Made by a program: the position numbers and the translations under genes | DNA from: the human T2T-CHM13v2.0 reference genome, Homo sapiens | Strand: one strand, 5' to 3' | DNA length: 64,000 nucleotides | Assembly: GCF_009914755.1 (NCBI RefSeq) | Contig: NC_060934.1 | Notes under the pieces: generated by a model | Told to the model about the DNA's origin: nothing | The model's input: only the letters and a program-made list of their open reading frames with translations | Database searches by the model: none | In this document: piece by piece, positions 1 through 54,405 of the stretch | Position numbering within the stretch: the stretch's first letter is position 1 | Layout: the number at the start of each line of letters is the position of its first letter

Positions 1-2326
<2,326 letters not shown>

Positions 2327-2546
2327 TTCTTCTAATTTAACCCAGCAAACACTCCCCAGCATCAGAGTGTGTTTCCTATACCTGAAATCCTATTCCCCAT
2401 ACTCTTTACTTGACTAAGTCTTCCTCATCCTTCAAGTCTCCGCTGAAATATTCCCTCAGAGAGGCTTTCCTTAACACACCAGATTAAATAAGGTCTCCCT
2501 GTTATATGTTTATCCTACACTATTTGGTTATATCATAAATTGTCAG

Positions 2547-3198
<652 letters not shown>

Positions 3199-3499
3199 TA
3201 ATATCTATTTCTCCACCCAGTTGTGTAATATGCCATATTGTCTTATTCACTGTTCTGTCTCCAGCTCCAGGCATTTTGTAGATGCTCACTAAATTTAGCT
3301 TGGTTGACCGAATGGATGAACGAGCCGAGTAGAGTTTATATAGCAGGGACTCAATAAATGTTAAAATTTTAATTTGAGTTAACCGTAGAACTTCCATAGT
3401 AAAAGCACTCAAGCTTAGGCTTCAGAGGTGGGAACATGAGTTTGCAGAGACTACTACTAAACATATAACCAGGAAAAACTGCACATTTACAGTAGGAGA

Positions 3500-3745
3500 T
3501 GGAAGTAAAATTATGGAAATACTCTTCACAATAGCCAAAACCTGGAAACAACCCAAATGTCCAGTGACAGGAGAATGAATAACTGGGTAGAGTCACAAAA
3601 TGGAATATTATAGAGTTCCCAAAATGAGTAAACTGTAAGCAATATGTAACAATATAAATCTTGTTAATACAATATAATAAGCCACCAAAAATTACATACA
3701 GCAATACTCCCTTATAATAATGTAAAAAATAACTAAACTTAAAAA
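3500..3745 (+). mobile_element. Old L1M 3' fragment (continued in pieces at about 4262-4317 and 4497-4617)
   Basis: cacaatagccaaaacctggaaacaacccaaatgtcca is a typical L1M 3' motif. Confidence 0.65.
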
Positions 3746-3747
3746 AA

Positions 3748-5233
<1,486 letters not shown>

Positions 5234-5270
5234 CCATATGATAGCCTTATAAGTAAATGTGTGCTGTGCA

Positions 5271-5339
5271 TGGAACAATGATGAGAGTGTGTCATGAACC
5301 AAGGTTATGATTAATCTAGTTCTGTGCATCTGAAATCCG
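5271..5339 (+). ncRNA. C/D-box snoRNA-like sequence, SNORD112 (14q32 family) related; probably a retro-dispersed copy or pseudogene
   Basis: C box ATGATGA 5278-5284, D' ATGA 5294-5297, C' ATGATTA 5307-5313, D box CTGA 5330-5333, terminal stem ATGGA/TCCGT. Resembles the SNORD112 sequence as I recall it (TGGACCAATGATGAGA...ATGAAC...ATGATTAATCCAGTTCTG...CTGAGGTCCA). Confidence 0.7.
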
Positions 5340-5814
5340 TTAAAGGAAAGGGAGAGAAATTAGCCTACCTCATCCTCCAGGCAGCCTCAGTTGTTGGGGG
5401 TGATGGGGAGAAGATTTTTCTCCCCCAAGCTCCTTTGGGACTTTTCTCCAGGGACTGGCCCTAGGTCCTCCTCTTGTAGAGGTGAGCTGGTGGAATAGAG
5501 GTGGAGCAGCAAGGAGGGAAGTAATCCAGGGTTTGGCTTCCTCTGGAAATGGGTCCTGAAATCAGTGGGAAAATGAGCCTCTCCTGAGGCTGAAGAAGGA
5601 ATCTGGAAGTGTGAGTCAGCTTCCATTCCCATTCAGCTTCCCACACTCCCCAGCTTAGAACTTTTGAGTATGTAGTCTCCCATCCATTTCATCTATGACC
5701 TTAGGGTGGGGGTTAGGAGGAGCCCCAGAGCTGGGCCCTGAGTGAATGGGGCTGTGGCCACATGAATGACAGTCATAGTCGTTATAAACATTCTGGGTAC
5801 TAGGGAGCTGGGAC

Positions 5815-7085
<1,271 letters not shown>

Positions 7086-7310
7086 AAGTCAGGCTGGACT
7101 GGGCTAAGGGTATAAAAGAGGGGTTGGAAGTTGCACCAGACTACAGTAGGTTCCTAGGAAAGGGGATGGAGCTCTCTGGCTGAATCAGATCAGACCGGGT
7201 CAGGAAAAATGAGGAAGGAGCTGGGAGTCCAGGAGGGACAGAGGTTTGGGGTTGGGTTCAGACCTCTGTGGATCCAGAAGCCCTGGCTGGGGTACATGGT
7301 CAGACTATCC

Positions 7311-8114
7311 GAATGAATTAATTCACCAACAGACACATACGTAAACATATGCGTATACATGCCTACATACAAACACACGTATACACTGCCTTACCTGCAC
7401 ATATAAACAGATCCAGGCCCTCCCTAGCTCAGCAGCACAAAGCTCTTCAGCAATGTGCTAAGGCTTGGGACTGGGCCCACATATGTACCTGAAAACAAAG
7501 GGCATGAGGGTTTTGGAGGGTCTCTCTCTTCCCTCACCCCAGTAATTCCTCTTCACCAGGGGTTCCTGGGGGCAAATGGGGAGGAGCCAGATATGGGGCT
7601 CCAGAGGAAGTTGCTGGCCACTGTGTTTCCTGAGTTCAATAGTGTGTTTTCCTGCTTCTCTGACCTACCCCCTGCCCCCAAGTAGGATGGGGTCCAGGCC
7701 TGGCAATCTACCTTTTCCCTTGACTATCTCCCTCCATACACAAACATATACATACAAGACGTGAACCTACAAATACCCAACCGAGTCACACAACCACTGT
7801 CCCAGCAGCCCCATAACTCAACACAGTCGCACTGCTAAGCCACACATTTAACAACACACCCTCATTTACGGATTTATAGCCTTCACTCACACTCAGCAGT
7901 CACATCTTCTCTGCTTTGTTCAACATCATATCCCCAGCACCTAGAATGGGCCTAGTACCTAAAGAGGGCTCAATGAATAATATTTGAATGAATTAATTAA
8001 CCAACAGACACATACATAAACATATGCATATACATGCCCACATACAAACACATGTATATACTCCCTTACCTGCACATATAAACAGATCCAGGCCCTCCCT
8101 AGCTCAGCAGCACA
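7311..8114 (+). repeat. 129-bp direct repeat (7311-7439 and 7986-8114)
   Basis: 7 mismatches in 129 bp by manual alignment. Confidence 0.9.
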
Positions 8115-8689
8115 TACATACACACACACTCAGGCTAATGGGCTAGATGTACACTCAGTGCCAGACACAGACCCACTGTAGATGTTACCTGGCACTCTCA
8201 GGGTGAGTTGCTGGTGGCAGTTGGCTGGTAAATGTCCTTCAGGCTGGCCAGATCTACAAAGGAAGAGTTGGGGGTGGGGTGCAATAGCATTCCTTGGGGT
8301 CCTGAGGCACTGGGTTATGAGAAGCTGGGCTGGCAGCAGGGCACGGCCAAGATAACTGTAGATTGGAGATTGGACAGGTCATACAGTCCCTTCCTCTGGT
8401 GTCTTCCTACCAGCTAGGGAGGTGAGGGTAGAGGTGCCAGTCTATCGGGCTTTATTTCAGGTCCAGGGAGAACTTAGGAGGGGAACAGTTTGAGGCCTCA
8501 GCTTCCCCTGCCTGGGATGACAAAGAGGGACACTGGATAGGGAGCTTTATGGGCACTAAGACCCCATCTCCAATCTACAGCGGGGTCTCCATATCTTCCC
8601 AGTCTGGAGAGTAGCAATCCTGCTACTCTCTTAATCCCCCACCCAGGGACCTTAGCACCAGGGGAGACTAATTTAGACCTCAGCTGCTG

Positions 8690-9000
8690 ACCGGGCAGAG
8701 TGGACCACGCCTATAATCCTAGTACTTTGAGAGGCCAAGGCGGGTGGATCACCTGAGGTCAAGAGTTTGAAACCAGCCTGGCCAACATGGTGAAACCCTA
8801 TCTCTACTAAAAAAAAAAAAAAAAAAAAATACAAAAATTAGCCAGGCATAGTGGTGGGCACCTGTAATCCCAGCTACTTGGAAGGCTGAGGCAGGAGAAT
8901 CACTTGAACCCAGGAAGTGGAGGTTGCAGTGACCTCAGATCATGCCACTGCCCTCCAGCCTGGGTAATGGAGCAAGACTCCATCTCAAAATAAATAAACC
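8690..9000 (+). mobile_element. AluS with expanded middle A-tract
   Basis: Alu consensus. Confidence 0.9.
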
Positions 9001-9515
9001 AACTAACCAACCAACATCAGCCAGGCTAGTAGACTGGGGGCTGGGTAGGGGTAGGAGTCTCCCAGGTACTCTAAGTACCCCAAGACCATCTAACCCAAGC
9101 CCCCTCCTGGGCCAAGTCCCCTCTCCCACCCCTCCCTCAACGGCATAACCCAAGGCAGTCTATCCCAGGAACCTGCCCCAGGAGGGCCACCTGTCTGGCT
9201 GCCCCATGACAGCTAAGGGTGAGAAGCAACAGTCCTGGGGTGAGAGGTGGGGAGCAGACTGAGAAAGCCAACTCTCCCTCAACTTTTGAGGGAGATGGGG
9301 CCAAGCTGGGACATCTGGGAACAAACTTTAGGGTCTTGGGTGAAGGAGAAGTGTAATTCAGGGAAACAACTTCAAGAGTGAGGGGAAATGTGAGGTGAGT
9401 GAAGGGATCCAATTCATAGTCTTAGGAACTGCAAGGATGGGGAAAAGATTGCCTTGGACTGAGTCATTATTAGGCATCAATGACCAACCAGGACACTCTC
9501 AAACCGAAAAGTCTC

Positions 9516-9521
9516 TTTATT
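9516..9521 (-). terminator. LDB1 distal poly(A) signal AATAAA
   Basis: + strand TTTATT; UGUA upstream (9533-9536) and GU-rich sequence downstream. Confidence 0.8.
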
Positions 9522-9550
9522 GATTGGTACCATACATGACTCAAATGGCC

Positions 9551-9551
<1 letters not shown>

Positions 9552-9596
<45 letters not shown>
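9552..9596 (+). repeat. A45 mononucleotide run (U45 in the LDB1 3'UTR)
   Basis: 45 consecutive A, not attached to an Alu. Confidence 0.95.
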
Positions 9597-9601
<5 letters not shown>

Positions 9602-10591
9602 TACAGTTGGGATGGGATGTCCACCTTCCTCACCCCTTCCCTCAGCTCCTGACTCAATACCCTTCCAAAAGTGGCAGCTGGAGTGGAGGAAATACGGTGT
9701 GGGGGACCCCAGAATCCAGAGGGAAGAGTGGGGAGAGAGGTGGTGTTAGCACTTCCTGGGACTGGCCACAGGAAAAGGCAGCAAAGCCACAGAGCTGGAC
9801 CAGCTGCGTGAAACCCTGCTCCTGGCTGCACCCTGGCAGAGCCGAGGATCCCGGCTGCCTCCTCCTCCTTCCTTCTGTGAGGAAGGAGCGGCAGGGGATA
9901 CTGGCAGGTGAAGACCCTCTACCTCTACCTCACCTATGGGGACAGAGGCCTGTTCCTCCCTGGTGGGCTTAGAACTGGGATGTCATCTGTGGCTCCTTCC
10001 CCTCTATGAAGGACAGAGTAGGATTACATATGCAGTTGGAGGGGCTGAGGGAAGATTCTGGAGGAAAGTGGCTGAGCCCCTCTCCCATCCCATGCCTGCC
10101 CAACTGAAACAAAACCAAAAATACAGCAACAAGGCTGCTCCCTTCTCTCCACGCTCCCTAAGGGAAGGAGCCTCCCCTCCCCGCATCCTAGACAGCTGCT
10201 CTTGTGGAGGACTTGTAAGGAATATACATACCATGGGGGTGGGGCTGGAAGAGAGGGAGTCACAAGCACTAGGAGGGCAGGCCAGAGTCCAGAGAATGGG
10301 GACACAGAGACAACAGCAGGGGTCTGTCACCAAAATGTGGCCACCAATGTCCCCCTACCCCATGGCATGCTTTCCTCAACTGCAGTCACCCCAGAGGAAA
10401 GGGGGAGAGATGGTGAAATGTCTCCTTGGTCTGAAGCTCTCACACCATATAAAATGGTATGCACACCTCCCTCCCCCACTCTCACCCCCACCTAGGCCCT
10501 AGGCCCCCATCTGCCAAGAGTAGGGAGGTAGCTGGACTTTTAATAGGGGGAAGAGGGGGGGACATGAGTGATTTTTTTTTTAACTTACATT

Positions 10592-10597
10592 TTTAAT
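10592..10597 (-). terminator. LDB1 proximal poly(A) signal ATTAAA (candidate)
   Basis: + strand TTTAAT in an AT-rich patch; followed by a genomic A-run, so internal priming is a caveat. Confidence 0.5.
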
Positions 10598-11104
10598 AAT
10601 ATTATTTTTAAAAAAACTTGGAGCTGGGATAAGTGGCAGCAGGGAGGAGGGGCCCAGAGCTTTACCCCTCTATTACCAGCTGCCTAGGGGAAGGAGCATT
10701 CAACGAAGCCCCGTAACTTTAAGTCCCTAAGGGCTGTGGGTATAGACAACCCCAGGCTTGAAAGGGGTAAAGTCAGGGGGATGGGAAACCCACAATCTGG
10801 GGTGAAGATGGAGGCAAATGCCCTGGGGGGTGGTCAGGACATGTCTCAGAGGCCCAGGTTCCAAGTAGGCATCCACATGAGTACCCCCTCCCCCTAAAAG
10901 GCTCTGTAGAGGCCAGGCCCAGCCCAGGGCCACTGGGGGGGCAAATCTTGGCACCTGCCCCCAGAGAGTCCAGTTCCTCCCTGAAGCGGGTGGATGGAGG
11001 CTGCCCATTTTAGATGCTCAGTCTCTTCATTCTGTCTTCTGCTCCCTGGGGCTGTGAGGGGTGGGGCAGGTAGGCAGAGCACTGGGTGGCCACAGCAGGG
11101 CCTT

Positions 11105-23124
<12,020 letters not shown>

Positions 23125-25829
23125 CTTCACATCGCCCGCCTCTGGGGGCCCAGCCGAGTCACGGTGCCCGCCCCTCGCGGGGACAGGCCGGGCATGAGCC
23201 GCCGCCGCCGCCCGCGGCCCCCGCTGCGCTCGCCGCCGGCCCGGCCCGGCCTCGGCCCGGTGCGGGCGGCCCCTGGCTGCGGCGAGGGGCCTGTCAGGCG
23301 CGGAGCAGACAGGAAGGAAGCCAGGCAGGAAGGCGAGCGGCCTCTGCGTGTGTGCGCGCGGGTGTGAGTCCGCGGAGTGTGTGTCCGTGTGTGCGTGTGT
23401 GCGCGTGTGCGTGTGCGTGTCTGTGCGCTCCCGCCGCCGTCGCCGAGCGCCCCCCTCTCCGCCCTCGCGCTCGCGCTCCCTCGCGCCGGCGCCGGCTCCC
23501 CAGCCCAAGCCGGGCAGGGCCGGGCTTTATTAATATGCTAATTGTCCTGCTAGTGGGAGGGGAGAGCCGTGTCAAAGTGACCCGGGAGAGCGCGCAGCAA
23601 GCGACGACGTGCGTGCGCCGCGCGGCGGGCGGGCGGCGAGGGGCTGGGAGCGCTCGGGGAACGGCATGCATGTGACGCAGCTTTTAAAAAAGGAGACGGA
23701 GGCAGAGACCCCAGAGAGGGAGGGCGAAGGGGAGGGCTTGGAGGCGCAGCCGCGCGCTCGGTGTCCGTCCTCCGGGTGCCGCCGGATGGGGAGTCTGGCT
23801 GAGCCGGAGCGGGAGCCGCGGCTGGGGGAGGCGGAGCCGGGGTGGGCAGTGTGGTGTATCTCTCTCCACCCCGGGCCGCGCTCCGGGAGGGAAAAGGGAC
23901 TGCAGACCCCCTGTCCGTGCTCCCTGCTGAGACGCCAGCCTTCTTCTGGAGGCCCCTTGTTTCGCGTCCCTACCCTAGGCTGGATGGGTAAAGAAGCATT
24001 CTCTTAATTCTTGTAGCAACCCCTCAACTCACCCCTTCCCTAAATTAACCACTCCTCCTTTGCCTGCGAAACCAGTTGGGACTAGAACTAAAAGGGTTAA
24101 TTAAGTGGGGTCCCCGCCCTCCTCCGCCTAAGGGCTTGGGATCTGTGTTTTGCTGGGGGGAGGGGGCTGCGGAATGACCACCAGATTGGATTACGGAGGG
24201 GCGATAGGAGGCCATCCTTCCTTCTTGCAGACTGACGCATCAGTCAAGACACTCTCTTCCCTTCCCCCCTTTCTCCAGCCTTGGTGCCTTCACCTCCGTA
24301 CCAACCGCCCAACCCCACCGCCTCCGACCCCCCTGCCTGGAAGCTGCTGTCCTTTGAGGGCTTCGGAGATGAGAACAGGAAACAGGCCCCTCCAGTGCCC
24401 CCTAACCCAGAGAGGCAGAGGCTGTGGGCCGTGGGGGGTTGGATGGGAGATGATGTGGATGGTCAATGTAAGGAACACTCCTTCCCCTGGGAGGAGCCTC
24501 CCAACCTTCAGTCACACTTCAAGGACTCCCCAACCCAGCCCTAGGAGGGGAGGGGCTCCATCTCCATCCCTTCCCAAAAGCTCAGCTTTAGCTGCCTCAT
24601 AAACAGGAAATACCTATTAGCCAGGAGGAGGGAAGGGAGGGGAGCCGCCTGGAGTAGAGAGTTGACCCCCTCCCTCCTGGGGTCCCCAGCTGCTAGCTTT
24701 TCTTTCTTAAGTTTCAGTATGGGCTCCAGGGATAGACGATGGAGACTTGGACTAGTGTCTCCTCCCTAGGGCGTCTGGCCCTGACTGGGTAGGGGGTTCT
24801 CCTCTTTGTTACTTAGAGGGGTGTTGGTTGAGAAGGCTGTTTGGTTCCCTCACTCTGGCTCAGAGTCTGCACAGCTGGCTTGACTGGCTGGGGGAGGGTT
24901 ACAAATGCGGAGGCTTAAAGTGTTTATGAGACCTCTTCTCTCCACCTTAGGTTTTTGCTGAGGGAGCATGAAATGATGGAACGGTGCAGAGTCCAGGGAT
25001 TGAAAAGAAGGCCTGCCTAGGAATGGAGACCCTCCCCACCATGTGCTTAGGATGGGGGATAGGGGAGCTTGTACACTGTGGAGTCTCCCACCCCCAGGTT
25101 TCCCCATCTCCACCCCCACCAGGAGCAGAGAGGACCTGACTGAAGCCATCCACACTCACACAAGTATTTCCTTGGCAGCATCCCCTGCCTGAGTGCACCC
25201 CCTCCCTGCATTCTCCCAGACAAAGGTCAGCACTAGAGGGAGTAGAGAGAACATAAGGCAACAGAACACTGGCCCGAAATTGTGGATACCTAGGTTTGAA
25301 CGCAAGATTCGCTCCTCAATACCTGAGTGATTTGAGACAACTGACCACCCCACCTGGGACACTAGCTTTATCCTCTGTAACCTATGGCTTGGTGAGTATC
25401 AAACTAGACAATGTACACCCAGTCACGTAGCCCAGTGTCAGCCAGGCAGTCCTGTAAATACGTGTTCTTTCTGCCCTTTTTTTTTTTTTTTTTTTTAAGA
25501 TTATCCAATTCCAAGAGAGGAGGGGGCTGGATTGGCAGGACAATTTGAGATGGTTTGGAGGAGGGGGAATACCTACCTTGACCTCCTTCTCTCTTTTCTG
25601 TCCATGAATTTGCCTTCCTCCAATCCTGTGACCACTTACGCCTAAGGCCACTCATTCCAAACAACTAGCTTGGTCAGATTCCATGCTGACCAACACAATG
25701 GTGATCATCTGGGTGGACAGGGGGACTACAACCCACCCTATAAAGGTCTTTGCCTCCTGTGAATCTGAGATTTCCCTCTCCTAGATTACACATGTGGAAG
25801 GTAGAAGCTTAGGAAGGAAGAAAAAACTG

Positions 25830-25990
25830 CCTTACTTGAGCATGCACTAATGCCAGGCACTGCCCTAGGCCTTTTACACTTGCCGACTCATTTACCTTTC
25901 ATGAGGACCTTTGGAAGAAGGTGCTATTACCTCCATTGAACAAGTAGGAAAACTGAAGTTCAGAGATGATAATAAATTTGAACTTGCCTG
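25830..25990. mobile_element. MIR
   Basis: tgccaggcactgccctagg...gaaaactgaagttcagagatg. Confidence 0.7.
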
Positions 25991-26551
25991 TAAAACACTG
26001 TTCTCCCTCTTCTTCACCTACTAGTTAATGCTTCCTTAACACCTTAGTTCTAGCTTCACCTTCTCTGGGAAGATTACCCTTCCCACTCCCACTGACACTA
26101 TAGCCCAGTTACCGGTAAGGAAATACCATCTCAGTACTGTTGAATGGGTGGTTAAAATAAGTGATTGGGGCTCCTACAGGAACTCCATTTAGGCAAGTTA
26201 GTTAACTTTGCCAAGGTAACAGAGCTAACAAGCACTTGACCCATTGCTCCACTCCTTGCCTTACTTCTAGTGTGGATCAGACCTGGGGAGGGAGAAGAGA
26301 ACATCTTTGGAGCATCTCTGGGAATTGTGGTATAGGCAAAAATGGGAAGAGAGGTCACAGACACCTGGCAGACAGAAGGGATGTGGTAGGAAGGGGGTGG
26401 AGTCTATGTGGAGGGGGGGTCTTTAACTTAATGACAATGTCCTGGAGGACTGGAGGCTTAGCTGATTTGTATGGATGGGTGTAAGTGCCCAGTATTCTCT
26501 CTCTCTCCCTCTGTATGTGTGTGGTAAAATTCACATAACATAAAATTAACC

Positions 26552-34962
<8,411 letters not shown>

Positions 34963-36051
34963 TAAATAACAATACATTCATAAAATAGAACTGGTGCTAA
35001 AGGCTCAGTAAATATTTAGCTAGTGAGTGGATTAACATATTGTTACATAAAAAAAGCAAATCACCAATTTGTGCCCCTATATATTTTTCCATTCATAGAA
35101 AAAAGCGTCAATGAATACACACTAAAAGTAACAAGGGGTTTAAATCTGGGCAGTAGAACTATAATTTGCAGGCCTACTACTTTTTTTCCTCTAAACAGTT
35201 TTGTACTTTTTGAAATAATTTTTGTGCTTTGTAAAAAGTTATTTAAAAATAGCAAATATGAAGTAGCTTTTAAGTGGCAAATGAATGAAGAGTAGAGACA
35301 GTGATGGACCGTAGAAACGCAGAGCGGGATCCCTCTTGGCTAGGACAACCAAAGCCTTTCCTAGATTAAATAAGGCATGAAATGTTTTGAGGTTCAAGTA
35401 TTCCAGGTCGACATATAGGCAGGAGAACACCTGTTGTCTTTAGGGAACAGCAAGGAGACCTGAAACAGCAAGAAACAAATTTGATAGAGAAGGCAACGTA
35501 AGTTTCTGAGTAGTAGCAGAGAGGGCGGAGAACGCGACATTTTCCGATTAAGTTTGCAGTACTGCCGCAATATGGGATTAGGTGAGGATTAGCGCTTGGA
35601 GCGCAAGTGCCCACTAGGGGGTGGTGTTTCAAAACATATACAGGCCCACTTGGCCCCACTTGGACTAAGGTGAAAGGAACGTACAGCAGGTAGAACGTCA
35701 AAGAGGACGTTCCAACAGTTGGACAAGTTAACGACAATAAAATACGCAAATGTTAACTTTCCCCCTAACTGCTGAGCGCTCCCTAAATCGGTATCCCAGT
35801 GTAACGCAAAACTAAGCCCTACAGGATGCCTGCAGCTAGTGCCAAACGGTCCCCACTTAAAGGGACTACTACTCCCAGGAACCTTCGCGCGAGGCCAGGG
35901 CCTTCTTCCAGGGTGCAAGTGGGTCTCGCCGCACGGCTCTCTGGGATTCGTAGTCTTGCAGTGTCATTCGGGAGTTGTAGTTCCTTTCCCACAATCGGCT
36001 GGGCGAGGCGGCGCCAGCGATCAGAGCAGCGCTGGGTGTTCAGGGGCCAAG

Positions 36052-53009
<16,958 letters not shown>

Positions 53010-53137
53010 CCTTGGGCCCTTCCCTGCTATCCTTTTTCTCCTTTGGAGGTGCCCAACCTCCTCCACCCCCTTCCCCTACTCTAGGGGAGAGAGCTGCTAG
53101 TGAGATGACTGTTTTATAAAGAAATGGAAAAAAGTGA

Positions 53138-53290
53138 AATAAAAAATATGTTGAATCAGATTTTTTAAAAGGGGTATTTGTTTTTTTATAACAGGTATTG
53201 AAACAAGTTAACTTGCATTCCTATGTAAGATAGGAGGGGCTGAGGGGATCCCCAGTGTTTGGAACATAAGTCACTATGCAGACTAATAAA
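53138..53290 (+). terminator. PPRC1 poly(A) signals AATAAA (53138-53143 and 53285-53290)
   Basis: Two canonical hexamers; the distal one is followed by GU-rich tgctgttgtgcgtctttt. Confidence 0.8.
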
Positions 53291-53474
53291 CATCAACTAG
53301 AGAGAACTCCCAACTGCTGTTGTGCGTCTTTATATGGTGCTAATGCCAAATGTATTCACTTTTCCTATCTGAACATGGTCCAGGGACATGCCTCTCCCTG
53401 GTCAGGTGCAAAAATCCCACTGGATTTGAACCTTGGTTCCTCAGATGTATTGTCTAAAATGAGTCATTTAGGAC

Positions 53475-53580
53475 AGTGCTTCTCAACTTTAAAGGGAATT
53501 TGAATCATCTAGCGATCTTTTTAGAATGTAGATTCTGACAATGGGATGATGATACTGGTCCAGGAAGGGATTTTGATAAC
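53475..53580. mobile_element. MER5-like hAT relic
   Basis: cagtgcttctcaacttt...gaatcatct...agaatgtagattctga. Confidence 0.5.
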
Positions 53581-53728
53581 AAGGACCTAGAGAAGCTCAC
53601 ACTTGTTCCAAAGAAAGGTTTTCTAAACTGCGACAGGTGTATACATTCATCATGTCAGTTATGTTCATCATTTTATAATAGCTTGAGCACACTGCATGGC
53701 ACAGCAGGTGCTCAAATGTTTTAAATAA

Positions 53729-54405
<677 letters not shown>

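Larger units (their letters stand above)
9495..11104 (-). other. LDB1: LDB1 3'UTR (long form)
   Basis: Runs from the stop codon to AATAAA at 9516-9521; proximal ATTAAA at 10592-10597 and 10539-10544. Confidence 0.75.

Noticed and set aside
9520-9972. ORF with poly-Lys; possible processed-pseudogene tail
   Set aside because: It is a translation of the A45 run; no retrocopy body or TSD is seen upstream
35839-36051. In-frame open region upstream of the PPRC1 ATG
   Set aside because: Mostly promoter sequence, with no good in-frame near-cognate start in the likely short leader
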